This document shows positions 17,996 through 27,600 of a stretch of 32,000 bases of DNA, in pieces. Position numbers and translations under genes: made by a program. The notes beneath the pieces are model-generated. The model was not told the origin of the DNA. It ran no database searches and saw only the letters and a program-made list of their open reading frames with translations. Within the stretch, counting starts at the first letter, position 1, and each line of letters begins with the position of its first letter. Origin of the DNA: Idiomarina loihiensis L2TR (GTDB taxonomy: Bacteria; Pseudomonadota; Gammaproteobacteria; Enterobacterales; Alteromonadaceae); assembly GCF_000008465.1 (NCBI RefSeq), contig NC_006512.1, positions 2,490,001 to 2,522,000 on the forward strand. The letters run 5' to 3'.

Positions 17996-20968
17996 CTAGA
18001 ACGATAAACGTGCTCCTAAATAAAACTGGCGCGGTTTCACCCAGTCTACCGCTTCACCAAATTCATACACGCCGTCGCCAGCGACTAAGTCTTGTTCACG
18101 ACGCGCAGCTTGGTCATCTAAGGCATTAAAGACATCAAGAAAGAACTCAGCCTTATAGCTCTCACCAAAGTCGTAAGTATACTTAACTCGGAGGTCTAAA
18201 GTGCCGTATGCGGGAGATTCCTGAGAGCCAATAACCCCTTCCTGAACCCAGGTATCGGTATATCCGCCATACTCATATGGTTCATCGGATAACGGAGCAT
18301 GGCGACCGTATAGAGCTCGGGTTTTACTATAAATGGTACCTGAGTTCCAGTTATATACCGCACCTACTTCAAACCCGTTATCAAATTTGTAACTACCAAA
18401 TAATTTAACCAGATGCTCGATATTTCCGGGTTGATCTGCATATACCCCCGGAGCTCGAGGATCTAGCCAAACGAAATCTCCTTGCAGATCCGCATTACTA
18501 TCTGAGTTCGTATTACCTTTTGCGTCGTTGTATGTCCAGGACGCATTAAAAAACCAGTTATCAGACGCCGTTCTATGCTTAGTAAACGCTACTTGTAAAC
18601 CTTCATAATCACGCTTTCCACCTTCCAACGTCGCAATCACGTAATTAGAACCAGGATTTTCGTCGTAGCCAAAATAGGAAAGGGGTAAATAAAAGTCAGT
18701 ACCCTCTAGATCATTTGCATAGACACCAAGATCGTAATCTTCTAGAAGATCTCTAGTAGCCCTATCAGTATAAGTCACCTCGATACTCATATTGTCAGCG
18801 ATGTTAGTTGCATAACCGAGCAGTATTTCATCGGTATACGGTGTTTTTGTACTTGGTGCGAAAAACGCATCTTGCACCTGCTCACCACCACGCACACGAT
18901 AGGTCAACCAGCGGTCCTCTAAATAGATTTGCTCATGAAGTACTGGACCAGTCAGGTTCCCTGCAAAATCAGTCATATTTGTGCGAATAGGATCATAGTA
19001 ACGACCTACAAAACCCCATACTTTACTAGACCCATCAATGTCATAAACAACACTAAATCTCGGTGCAACTTCCCAGTCAAACTCTGCTATTTTGTCGCCT
19101 TTAGATGAGAAATGCTCCCAAGTTTCAGCACGAATACCAGCATTCACTGTCCATTGAGCTATAGTCCAGGTGTCCTGGAGGAAAACTGTTTTACCTTTGG
19201 TCTCCATCTCAATTGGTGCTGTTTGAACTTCTTGGCTTCGATAAACGTTCACGTCACCTGTTGGATTACCCTCAGTAGAATCAAAAATGACACCACTTCT
19301 TAATTCGTCTTCGCTAATTGTGCCATCATTATTTGTATCGTAGCGACTTGTATATAAAGCGGCATCATCGCTTGAAGCCATATTTGAAATGAGTCGCGAA
19401 AGGTCATCCGCAGATAGATCTCGCTGGCCCACCCAGTCGTCGGCATCTAAATAATCACCAATGGTGGAGCCTGAATTTCTGTTTCCGATTGAAGTATACT
19501 GAGCTCCCTCTCCGGTGTAACGGCTATCCTGAAGGTTTTCGTTTACCGTGTAGACAAAGCCAGCTTTTATCTCGTGGCTACCCATATCATAAGTATCCAA
19601 AAAATACTCTAACGTAGCTTGATACTGGTCCTTATTGCGGAAATTGGTAGAGTTAACGCCATAACCACCTTTGTCAGTATCCGCATTCGTTGGCTCAAAG
19701 CCACCAGCCGTGCGATATGCCACATCATTGCGTGTAGAACCATCAGCAGCGACGCGTGATGCCTCACCTTCATGACTGGAGACCTGCAGGGTGAGAATCA
19801 AGTTATCCCAATAACGGGAATACTCAACTTTATAATTATCACCACCGTTCTCTTCAGCTACATCCCGATTATTCAATGTTCTTGGGTTATCAGAACCACT
19901 AATTTCTTGAGGATCGTTAAACCAGCTAGCAACGAAGCGATCATTTCCGGTTGGTTGCCAGGTCAGTTTAAAGAAACCCAGATCTTGCTCATCTGTGATA
20001 GTACGCAATTTTGTGTCCGTTACCGGATCAGTCACATCTTCTTCACGATCTTTAATTTGGTAAGAGCCGAAAAACCAAAGTTCATCTTCAATAATTGGGC
20101 CACCCAAAGTCACCGCAGTATCAAAAGTATCAAAGCTATTTTGAGATAGGTTCTCGTTATCAGCGACTAAACTGTCATTTTGGAAGTAATAGTTAACAGA
20201 ACCACTCCACTCGTTACCACCAGATTTCGTGATAACTCGGGTTACTAAGCCTTGACCGCCTGCATATTCTGCAGGTATGCCTCCAGTTAAAATTCGCTGC
20301 TCCTGGATAATTTCGGAGTTAATATTAGCACCAAAAGTACCGGTCTGATTATCAGTAACATTAACACCATCGAGGTAGTAAACATTGTCTGAAGATGAAC
20401 CATACTCACCACCTATATCAGAATAATTAACACCTGATTTAGACGATGGATTTCCACCTACTGAAGGTTTAGTACTGGGGGCTAACTGCAAGTAATCCTG
20501 AAAACTCCGAGCGGTAGGAAGGGACTCAGTCATATCCAAGGTGACTGAAGTTCCTGTCGTTGAGGACGTGGTATCTATCGTAGACATCGCACGGCCGGTC
20601 ACCTGAATTGTCTCAATATCAGAGCCCTCTGCTGTTAATGTGTAGTTCAGCTCAAAGGTTTGGCCCGACGAAACTCGAACATTCGCAGACTCAAATTCAG
20701 AATATCCCTCTTCGACAATCTCGACTTGATAGTCTCGAGATGGCTGCAAACCGCCTAAACGAACATATCCCTCGTCATCGGTCTCTGCGGTCCTTTTTGC
20801 CAAGGTATCCGGAGCACTCACACTCACTGTTGCATTAGGAACAGGATTCCCTTGCCTGTCTGTTACTTGTATACGAAGTGTACCGGTATCCTGAGCGTAA
20901 GCGCTAGAGGCAGCAGCAATTGCTGATGCAACCGATAACGCTGTTAACGTTTTTTTTAATTTAAACAT
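17996..20968 (-). CDS. Oar-type TonB-dependent outer-membrane receptor with N-terminal carboxypeptidase-regulatory-like domain
   Basis: About 990 aa from ATG 20968 (GGAGAG RBS; signal peptide ...SSAYA|QD). The N-terminal segment GTLRIQVTDRQGNPVPNATVSV...DDEGYVRLGGL resembles CarboxypepD_reg. Beta-rich with Tyr/Gly/Asn-rich repeats. The C-terminal ...YLGARLSF ends in Phe, which is typical of OM beta-barrels. Confidence 0.88.
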   Translation of the reverse strand: MFKLKKTLTALSVASAIAAASSAYAQDTGTLRIQVTDRQGNPVPNATVSVSAPDTLAKRTAETDDEGYVRLGGLQPSRDYQVEIVEEGYSEFESANVRVSSGQTFELNYTLTAEGSDIETIQVTGRAMSTIDTTSSTTGTSVTLDMTESLPTARSFQDYLQLAPSTKPSVGGNPSSKSGVNYSDIGGEYGSSSDNVYYLDGVNVTDNQTGTFGANINSEIIQEQRILTGGIPAEYAGGQGLVTRVITKSGGNEWSGSVNYYFQNDSLVADNENLSQNSFDTFDTAVTLGGPIIEDELWFFGSYQIKDREEDVTDPVTDTKLRTITDEQDLGFFKLTWQPTGNDRFVASWFNDPQEISGSDNPRTLNNRDVAEENGGDNYKVEYSRYWDNLILTLQVSSHEGEASRVAADGSTRNDVAYRTAGGFEPTNADTDKGGYGVNSTNFRNKDQYQATLEYFLDTYDMGSHEIKAGFVYTVNENLQDSRYTGEGAQYTSIGNRNSGSTIGDYLDADDWVGQRDLSADDLSRLISNMASSDDAALYTSRYDTNNDGTISEDELRSGVIFDSTEGNPTGDVNVYRSQEVQTAPIEMETKGKTVFLQDTWTIAQWTVNAGIRAETWEHFSSKGDKIAEFDWEVAPRFSVVYDIDGSSKVWGFVGRYYDPIRTNMTDFAGNLTGPVLHEQIYLEDRWLTYRVRGGEQVQDAFFAPSTKTPYTDEILLGYATNIADNMSIEVTYTDRATRDLLEDYDLGVYANDLEGTDFYLPLSYFGYDENPGSNYVIATLEGGKRDYEGLQVAFTKHRTASDNWFFNASWTYNDAKGNTNSDSNADLQGDFVWLDPRAPGVYADQPGNIEHLVKLFGSYKFDNGFEVGAVYNWNSGTIYSKTRALYGRHAPLSDEPYEYGGYTDTWVQEGVIGSQESPAYGTLDLRVKYTYDFGESYKAEFFLDVFNALDDQAARREQDLVAGDGVYEFGEAVDWVKPRQFYLGARLSF

Positions 20969-21107
20969 GATTGTTCTCTCCGTTAACAAACGCCACTATC
21001 TAAGTGAACGTACAACTTGTTTTTGTTATAAATTTTTATTGTTATCGAGGCGAGACCTCACAATCACATTAACTAGAAGGATATTTTTTGTCCAGTTGTT
21101 ATTTTAA

Positions 21108-22310
21108 TTAACAAACAGACACTCTATTACGCCCAGCCTTCTTCGCAGAATAAAGATTCTCATCAGCACGTTTTAAAATGCTATCCGCTGTATCATCAGG
21201 CTCTTTTACAGTTGCACCTAAACTTATCGTGACTTTTACCGTTTTACTCTTCTCCTTTTTACCTCGCGCTTCTTTTCCTTTTGTCTTACTCTCTGGCCGC
21301 GAAGGCTCTCTCAATTTAAGCGGGTAATTAGCAACCTGGCTACGAACGCTTTCCAGCAAATTTTTTAGCTTTTCTTCATCGTTGTGGAAAAACACTAAAG
21401 TAAATTCTTCTCCGCCATAGCGGTACGCCTTAAACCCGCCGTGCTCTTTTAAAATACGGCCTAACAGCCGCAGCACCTGATCACCAACCTCGTGCCCGTA
21501 GCGATCATTAAACTTTTTAAAATGGTCAACGTCGAGCATGCAAACGGCACTGCGTTTGCGTAAGTGTTGCAACTGACTCATCAACGCACGCCGTTGCGGT
21601 AGCCCGGTTAGTTCATCAATGTAGGCCAGCTTCAACATTTGGTCGGCCAGCGCCAGCAATAAGCCTGCGCTGGCTGCCAAAGCGGCCCAGGTAGAGGCTT
21701 GCTGGTACTGCACAGCCAATAAAAAGACCATAAGAGAAAGCCATGCCGCCCAATGACTCCAGGCAAAAGCGGAAGCGCTTTTATAAAGCAAATAAGTTGC
21801 CCAAATTCCCCCCATAGCGACTGTCCAAATGAGAAGTCCAATAGCAAACGAACTTTGCTGCCAGTCAGGTAAAGTCAAAACCTCCGCGGGGTTCAATAAA
21901 GCGAGAACCTGGGCAACTGGCGGCAGCAATAACGATAAAGGCAATGTCGCTAAAGCTACAAATATCAGTATGCCTTTTCCGGTGAGTAGTACTGGCTTTT
22001 TCAGGAAGGTCAGGAGCAAGGCACTAAGCGATAACCACACAGGAAGTGCATCGTACAGCTGGGAAACCTCCTCCTGCGCCAGCGGTTGCTGTAAACCGAG
22101 CTGAACTGTGGCATAGATACCACCAACCCAGGCGCACCAATAAAACCATTGCCACTGCCGAAAGAAAGCGGCAACTAAGAACACCACCCCTAGTGCGGCT
22201 GAGACGGTTCCGGGAACCGAAAGCGAGACAGACGCAAGCCACTCGGGATAAAACCAAACCATGAGAGCCCAGATAATTGCCGGTAACGCCGCAAAAAAGG
22301 TCAAGTTCAA
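21108..22310 (-). CDS. membrane-bound diguanylate cyclase (polytopic N-terminal domain + GGDEF)
   Basis: About 220 aa of hydrophobic helices, then a GGDEF domain ([42 protein letters not shown]). No RxxD I-site at the canonical position (HGGF instead). The start is uncertain: TTG 22310 overlaps the yaiI stop as TTGA but has AGGGAG at zero spacing; the alternative is ATG 22262. Confidence 0.85.
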   Translation of the reverse strand: MNLTFFAALPAIIWALMVWFYPEWLASVSLSVPGTVSAALGVVFLVAAFFRQWQWFYWCAWVGGIYATVQLGLQQPLAQEEVSQLYDALPVWLSLSALLLTFLKKPVLLTGKGILIFVALATLPLSLLLPPVAQVLALLNPAEVLTLPDWQQSSFAIGLLIWTVAMGGIWATYLLYKSASAFAWSHWAAWLSLMVFLLAVQYQQASTWAALAASAGLLLALADQMLKLAYIDELTGLPQRRALMSQLQHLRKRSAVCMLDVDHFKKFNDRYGHEVGDQVLRLLGRILKEHGGFKAYRYGGEEFTLVFFHNDEEKLKNLLESVRSQVANYPLKLREPSRPESKTKGKEARGKKEKSKTVKVTISLGATVKEPDDTADSILKRADENLYSAKKAGRNRVSVC

Positions 22311-22750
22311 CTCCCTGCTAATAAACGGTCTAAATGATCCGCAAAGTTTTTGCGATCCACATTCGATAACGGCGGCGGGCCACCAGACTGAATACCACTA
22401 CTGCGCATGGTATCCATAAAGTCTCTTATATTCAGGCGCTGGCGAATATTGTCGGGGGTGAAGAGCTCCCCCCGGGGGCTTAATGCCTTAGCGCCTTTGT
22501 CTATCACTTCAGACGCCAGCGGAATGTCACTGGTTATGATTAAGTCGTCCGCTTCACAGCGCCGGACTATTTCATGGTCTGCGACATCGAAACCACTACC
22601 TACCTGCACCATATGAATAAATTTAGATTTAGGTGTTTGAATGCGTTGATTAGCCACTAAGTAGAGGTGCAGTTGTTTTCGTTGTGCCGCGCGAAAGAGA
22701 ATTTCCCGTATTGCCACAGGGCAGGCATCGGCATCAATAAATAAAGTCAT
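22307..22750 (-). CDS. yaiI: YaiI/YqxD family protein (UPF0178/DUF188)
   Basis: [22 protein letters not shown]...[13 protein letters not shown]...DIPLASEVI...[17 protein letters not shown] is collinear with E. coli YaiI (MTIWVDADACP...). I therefore prefer ATG 22750 over the track's 22768. Confidence 0.9.
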   Translation of the reverse strand: MTLFIDADACPVAIREILFRAAQRKQLHLYLVANQRIQTPKSKFIHMVQVGSGFDVADHEIVRRCEADDLIITSDIPLASEVIDKGAKALSPRGELFTPDNIRQRLNIRDFMDTMRSSGIQSGGPPPLSNVDRKNFADHLDRLLAGS

Positions 22751-22877
22751 TGCTAATAGTCCACGCATCTATATTAGAGTAAAAGGTTATAAGCCCAATG
22801 CCTTGTAATGTGTTCAGTACGCTATCATTTAATGGTTACCAGCAAAGCTTATCAATAATTGCTTCAGGAGGCACTCT

Positions 22878-23507
22878 ATGACATTACGTATTGGCGATAC
22901 TGCACCGAATTTTACCATTGATACCACACAGGGTTCGATAGAATTCCACGACTGGGCGAAAGGCTCGTGGGTATTTTTCTTCAGCCACCCGGCAGACTAT
23001 ACACCGGTTTGCACAACGGAAATGGGGCGTACAGCGCAACTGGCACCAGAGTTTGAAAAGCGCAACGTGAAACCCCTGGGGTTATCTACCGATACCGTAG
23101 AAGCTCACAAAGGCTGGATTAATGATGTTAATGACACTCAAAATACCCTACTTGAGTTTCCTATCGTTGCCGACAAAGATTTAGAAGTCGCACAGCTTTA
23201 CGACATGATCCATCCAAACGAAAGCGCCACAGCCACAGTACGTTCGGTTTTTATTATCGATCCGAACCAAAAAGTTCGTTTAATTATGACGTACCCAATG
23301 ACTGTCGGTCGTAACTTCAATGAGATTTTACGCGTTATTGATGCTCTGCAGACAACTGACCGTGACGAAGTGGCCTGCCCGGCTGACTGGCTGCCCGGAG
23401 ACTCTGTCATTATCCGTCCGACGGTCAGCGACGAAGAAGCAAAAGAGAAGTTTCCACAAGGCTGGAAAACCTTACGCCCGTATTTACGGCTAACCGATAT
23501 TAAGTAA
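22878..23507 (+). CDS. 1-Cys peroxiredoxin (Prx6-type)
   Basis: 209 aa. Peroxidatic Cys context FSHPADYTPVCTTE, and a Prx6-like C-terminal extension. Confidence 0.9.
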   Translation: MTLRIGDTAPNFTIDTTQGSIEFHDWAKGSWVFFFSHPADYTPVCTTEMGRTAQLAPEFEKRNVKPLGLSTDTVEAHKGWINDVNDTQNTLLEFPIVADKDLEVAQLYDMIHPNESATATVRSVFIIDPNQKVRLIMTYPMTVGRNFNEILRVIDALQTTDRDEVACPADWLPGDSVIIRPTVSDEEAKEKFPQGWKTLRPYLRLTDIK

Positions 23508-23521
23508 TGCAAAAAGCAGCT

Positions 23522-23549
23522 ATGCTGAGTGTCATATGACGCTCAGCAT
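23522..23549 (+). terminator. hairpin after the peroxiredoxin gene (probable terminator, weak U-tract)
   Basis: 10-bp stem ATGCTGAGTG (23522-23531) / CGCTCAGCAT (23540-23549) with one G-U pair and an 8-nt loop, followed by TTTACTGTT. Confidence 0.5.
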
Positions 23550-23564
23550 TTACTGTTGACCAGC

Positions 23565-23592
23565 TAAAGTAAGCCTGCTTAGCTTCCGATAA
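23565..23592 (+). promoter_or_regulatory. candidate sigma-28 (FliA) promoter for the MCP gene
   Basis: TAAAGTAA (23565-23572), 12-nt spacer, TCCGATAA (23585-23592). The E. coli consensus is TAAAGTTT-N11-GCCGATAA. It ends 43 nt upstream of ATG 23636. Confidence 0.4.
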
Positions 23593-23635
23593 TGGGTAAC
23601 ATGACTTCGGTCAAAAGCTATTTAGAGGCGCAATT

Positions 23636-25276
23636 ATGAGCTGGTTTAACAACCTTACATTTCGGTACAAATTATTACTTCCTATTGTCTTACTGGCCTT
23701 AGTGCTAGTCGGTATCGCTGCAGTCAGTGCGGTTAATTTTAAATCCGTCGCCAATAGCGTTGATGAAATAGCCAGCGAGCACTTGCCTGGACTTAACTTT
23801 CTGCTGCAGGCCGACCGCGACTTACATCAGGCTCAAGTAGCAGAAAGAACACTACTTTCAGTACCCTCCGGCTCACCTAAGCAACAACAGCTCACTGACA
23901 CCTTTAATGAGAATCTACAACAAGCCGCTCAACGCGTTGACCGCTTTTTAAATTTAACCTCAAGCGCAACCGAGCGTCAGATGGTTGATGATTACAAGCA
24001 AAAAAATGAAACTTGGGTAGCAACCGCAAAGCAAGTTATAACACTTCACAATCAAAACCAGACAGCAGAAGCCATCCGTTTAAGCGAGCAGCAAAGTGGC
24101 CCTCAGTTTGAGGCTATGCGGAACGTTCTGGACGAATTAGAGCAACGCAAAGAGAAAGCGGCGCTAAGTCAGTCTGACATTATTGACGAAGTCATCAGTC
24201 AAAGTAACTGGACAGAGATGGTTGTCCTGACCATAGGTTTAGCTATCTGCGTATTGCTGGCATTATTCTTTCCACCATTAATTACCAGGCCATTGAACTT
24301 AATGCTTGAGCGTTTTGAAGATATGGCCAAAGGCGAAGGAGATTTAACCGCACGCGTTAATCTGGACAGAACAGATGAACTGGGTCGAGTAGCCGATGCA
24401 TTTAATGCTTTTGTCGAAAAGCTTCAGCGCATTATTACCAAAATTAATGAAATGACCGAACAACTGGCAACATCGTCAGAAGAGCTTTCCAGCATTTCAG
24501 AAGAGTCTAACGAAAGCATCAGGAAGCAACACGAAGCGGTTGAGCAGGTGGCAACGGCTATCCATGAAATGTCGACCACAGTGGACGAAATAGCCAAAAG
24601 TGCTAATGACGCAGCGACTTCTGCGAAAACAGCTGACGATCATACCAAGCAAGGTCGCGATGTCGTTAAGTCGACAGTTGATGCGATTCAGAGTTTAGCT
24701 AACCACGTGAATCAAACATCTCAAACTATTTCTAAGGTAGCGGAAGATAGCGACAACATAGGTAAGGTACTGGACGTTATTGGTAGCATAGCTGAACAAA
24801 CAAACTTGCTTGCGTTAAACGCGGCTATTGAATCTGCGCGTGCAGGGGAACATGGAAGGGGCTTCTCTGTTGTTGCTGACGAGGTCAGAACCTTAGCCAG
24901 CCGCACACAAAAATCAACCCAGGAGATTCAGGAAATGATTGAGCGTTTACAAACAGCAACTCATGAAGCTGTCCGCTCAATGAACACCGGTAAGGAAGAG
25001 GCGGATCACACAGTGGAAAGAGCAAGAAATGCTGATGAGTCACTCCAGGCAATAACCTCGGCGGTAGCAGAAATTAATGATATGAACAGTCATATTGCCA
25101 GCGCGGCTGATGAGCAAAGCTCAGTTACAGAGGAAATTAATCAGAACATTAATACTATTAGTAGTATTTCAGATCAGTCCGCGCAAAGTTCGGCGCAGGT
25201 AAAAGAGTCCAGTGAAAATTTGGCGGAGCTATCTGCCAACCTGCAACAGGAGCTCCGTCAGTTCCGAATCCGCTAA
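23636..25276 (+). CDS. methyl-accepting chemotaxis protein
   Basis: 546 aa. Two TM segments flank a periplasmic region of about 170 aa. Then a HAMP region and the highly conserved signalling hairpin ([37 protein letters not shown]). Confidence 0.92.
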   Translation: MSWFNNLTFRYKLLLPIVLLALVLVGIAAVSAVNFKSVANSVDEIASEHLPGLNFLLQADRDLHQAQVAERTLLSVPSGSPKQQQLTDTFNENLQQAAQRVDRFLNLTSSATERQMVDDYKQKNETWVATAKQVITLHNQNQTAEAIRLSEQQSGPQFEAMRNVLDELEQRKEKAALSQSDIIDEVISQSNWTEMVVLTIGLAICVLLALFFPPLITRPLNLMLERFEDMAKGEGDLTARVNLDRTDELGRVADAFNAFVEKLQRIITKINEMTEQLATSSEELSSISEESNESIRKQHEAVEQVATAIHEMSTTVDEIAKSANDAATSAKTADDHTKQGRDVVKSTVDAIQSLANHVNQTSQTISKVAEDSDNIGKVLDVIGSIAEQTNLLALNAAIESARAGEHGRGFSVVADEVRTLASRTQKSTQEIQEMIERLQTATHEAVRSMNTGKEEADHTVERARNADESLQAITSAVAEINDMNSHIASAADEQSSVTEEINQNINTISSISDQSAQSSAQVKESSENLAELSANLQQELRQFRIR

Positions 25277-27573
25277 CGTTCGTTTTCGAAAGATTGCTGG
25301 CGTTCTGCCCATTTGAGCAGTTCTCCCAGCGGCTTCGGCTTACTGAATAAGAACCCTTGCATAAAGTGGCAACCATGCTCCACTAAATAAGCACATTCTT
25401 CTTCTTTTTCTACACCTTCAGCAACGGTTTCGATACCTATGCCTGCAACCATGCTCAGAATACCGCAGGTAATAGCAGCGTTATGCGAGTTCTCATGAAT
25501 ATTTTCGATAAAGCTGCGATCAATTTTGAGCTTATTTACCGGCAACATATTTAAATAACGTAAGCTGGCAAAGCCACTACCAAAATCGTCAATGGCCACA
25601 TCCAAACCCAGATCTCGCAATTGCTGCAATAACTCAGCAATACGCTGAGTATCATTAACTAATACATTCTCTGTAATTTCGACGGTGATCTCGCCGGGTT
25701 TAATATCAAACTGTTCGAGTATCGCTTTCGTTTTACTGACAAAATCTTCACGATAAAACTGGATAGGCGAAAAGTTCACCGAAACAGATTTTATACCGTA
25801 CAGCTTAAGCTGCTGCAGATCGCGACAAGCCTGCTTTAGCACCCATTCACTAATTGGAATGATTTGCCCTGTGCGCTCAGCAACAGGAATAAAGTCTGCG
25901 GGTGAAACATAACCTTTGGTTGGATGTTGCCAGCGAATGAGCGCTTCGGCTCCGGCAACTTGACCTTTGTCGGTCATAATGGGTTGATAAAATAGCTCAA
26001 ACTGCTCTTGCGCAAGCGCTTCCTGAATTTTGGTCCGCAATGCCACTTTGTAACCTAAGCCTTCATCAAGGTTTGCGGAATACCAGTAAACAGAGTTACC
26101 ACCGCGTTTTTTCGCTTCATACATAGCAACATCGGCACGTTGAGTAAGCTCCATCGGGTGTTTAAATTCAATATCATTTGCTGAAACACCAATTGCTGCC
26201 GATAAAGAAACCTCGACTTCGCCAATCCGAAAAGGCTGTTCGAATACCGCTAAAACTTCCGCGCATAACGCATTAACTTGCTCAACAGCACTCATATCCT
26301 GAATAACGGCGACAAACTCATCGCCACCAAAACGGCAAAGTAAGTTAGGTTCCGAAACAACCTGCTGCAAGCGTTGCGCCGTTTCAATTAAGACCTCGTC
26401 TCCAAGGTAGTGTCCCAAGCTGTCATTTATAGGTTTAAAGCCATCTAAATCGATAAAGAGAACGAATATTGCCGCGTCACTCTTGTTTTCCTGCAACTGT
26501 TGTAGTCGCTGCTCCATTGCACTGCGGTTTACCAGGTGCGTTAAGCTGTCGTGAGAAGTGAAAAATTCTAACGCTTCTTCTCGCTGAATTCGTTCGGTAA
26601 TATCTTTAGCTATGCCGTGAACACCGGTAATTTCGCCATCGATAATAATAGGAATATTGGTTATCGCTAAGTCATGAAGCTGACCGGTCTGGTCTTTTAC
26701 CTTTATCTCGTAGGACTGTGGAATACCGGCTTTAGCCGCTTCAAAATGCTCTGAGGTTCGTTTCTGGTCACTTTCAGGCACTGCCAGCTCATAGTGTTTA
26801 CCCAGTAAATCCTCTTCTTTAAGCAATAAAAGCTCACAAACTGAACGATTAACACTCGTAAAGTTGCCTTCTAAGTCGAGCATAAACACGGCATCGGGGT
26901 TGTGAGTAAAGAGTGAACTTTGACTTTGCTCAAGACGAGCTTGTTTCCTTCTTTGCTCCTCGTGTTCAATGATGAGAGCCACCAGATCACGATTACGGAC
27001 AATAATTTCAAGTTCAGGTCCTAAAGGCACTCTCGGCTCTGAAAAGTAAATTGCGAAAGTTCCAATAACGTCACTGTCAGAGGTTGCAAAAATAGGGTGG
27101 GACCAGCACGCCACTAAACCTTGCTGCTCGAGGAGGGACCGGAACTCATTGAAGCGCTGGTCCTTTCTCATATCAGCAACCAGCACGGGCTCACCGAGTG
27201 CTGCCGCTGTACCACAAGCGCCAACACCGTCTGCTACGGCTAAGCCATCTAAGGCGCGGTTATAGGACTTAGGTAGGGAAACAGAAGCGGCGGTTGATAA
27301 GGTTTGTGTTTTTTTATCAACCGCCATAATGGAGCACATGGCACCATCAATTTGAGACTCAATAAGCCGACAGATGCCCAACAGGCGGCTTTCAATATCC
27401 CGATGCCGGGCTAACGAGTTAAACGCTTCATAATGTGACTGAATTAAGTAATTTGTGCCTTGGTATTTCTTTTCCGCTCTTTTGCGGACCACTACGACAA
27501 AAATTGTCGTAGCAATCAGAACAATAGCTATGCCTGTCGCCAACAGGCTGTATTCGGGGAGGCTATCCTGCAT
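25273..27573 (-). CDS. membrane-anchored GAF-PAS-GGDEF-EAL c-di-GMP signalling protein
   Basis: 766 aa. One N-terminal TM helix. A GAF-like region (...[10 protein letters not shown]...CWSHPIF...). A PAS region ([18 protein letters not shown]...GIAKDITER). GGDEF (RFGGDEF, no RxxD). EAL (EALIRW, DDFGSG, KIDRSF). Confidence 0.9.
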   Translation of the reverse strand: MQDSLPEYSLLATGIAIVLIATTIFVVVVRKRAEKKYQGTNYLIQSHYEAFNSLARHRDIESRLLGICRLIESQIDGAMCSIMAVDKKTQTLSTAASVSLPKSYNRALDGLAVADGVGACGTAAALGEPVLVADMRKDQRFNEFRSLLEQQGLVACWSHPIFATSDSDVIGTFAIYFSEPRVPLGPELEIIVRNRDLVALIIEHEEQRRKQARLEQSQSSLFTHNPDAVFMLDLEGNFTSVNRSVCELLLLKEEDLLGKHYELAVPESDQKRTSEHFEAAKAGIPQSYEIKVKDQTGQLHDLAITNIPIIIDGEITGVHGIAKDITERIQREEALEFFTSHDSLTHLVNRSAMEQRLQQLQENKSDAAIFVLFIDLDGFKPINDSLGHYLGDEVLIETAQRLQQVVSEPNLLCRFGGDEFVAVIQDMSAVEQVNALCAEVLAVFEQPFRIGEVEVSLSAAIGVSANDIEFKHPMELTQRADVAMYEAKKRGGNSVYWYSANLDEGLGYKVALRTKIQEALAQEQFELFYQPIMTDKGQVAGAEALIRWQHPTKGYVSPADFIPVAERTGQIIPISEWVLKQACRDLQQLKLYGIKSVSVNFSPIQFYREDFVSKTKAILEQFDIKPGEITVEITENVLVNDTQRIAELLQQLRDLGLDVAIDDFGSGFASLRYLNMLPVNKLKIDRSFIENIHENSHNAAITCGILSMVAGIGIETVAEGVEKEEECAYLVEHGCHFMQGFLFSKPKPLGELLKWAERQQSFENER

Positions 27574-27600
27574 TGGCTCGCTGCATATTTACCGCCTATT

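Noticed and set aside
19400-19720. Additional Asp-rich stretches in the receptor (DADDWVGQRDLS, NADTDKGGYGVN) as further EF-hand or Ca-binding loops
   Set aside because: They fail the canonical pattern: W at position 5 in the first, and G at position 8 in the second. Only 19304-19339 fits fully.
19772-20149. 125-aa plus-strand ORF antisense to the TonB-dependent receptor, plus other short ORFs at 18808-18990, 19112-19303 and 20608-20838
   Set aside because: They are embedded in a 3-kb ORF with coherent OM-barrel features. I see no RBS or recognisable motifs.
21632-22264. ORFs 21632-21847, 21829-22104, 22024-22257 and 22046-22264 within the diguanylate cyclase membrane domain
   Set aside because: Their Arg/Pro/Ala-rich translations are characteristic of alternative frames of a hydrophobic, GC-richer segment. 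The main frame gives clean TM helices.
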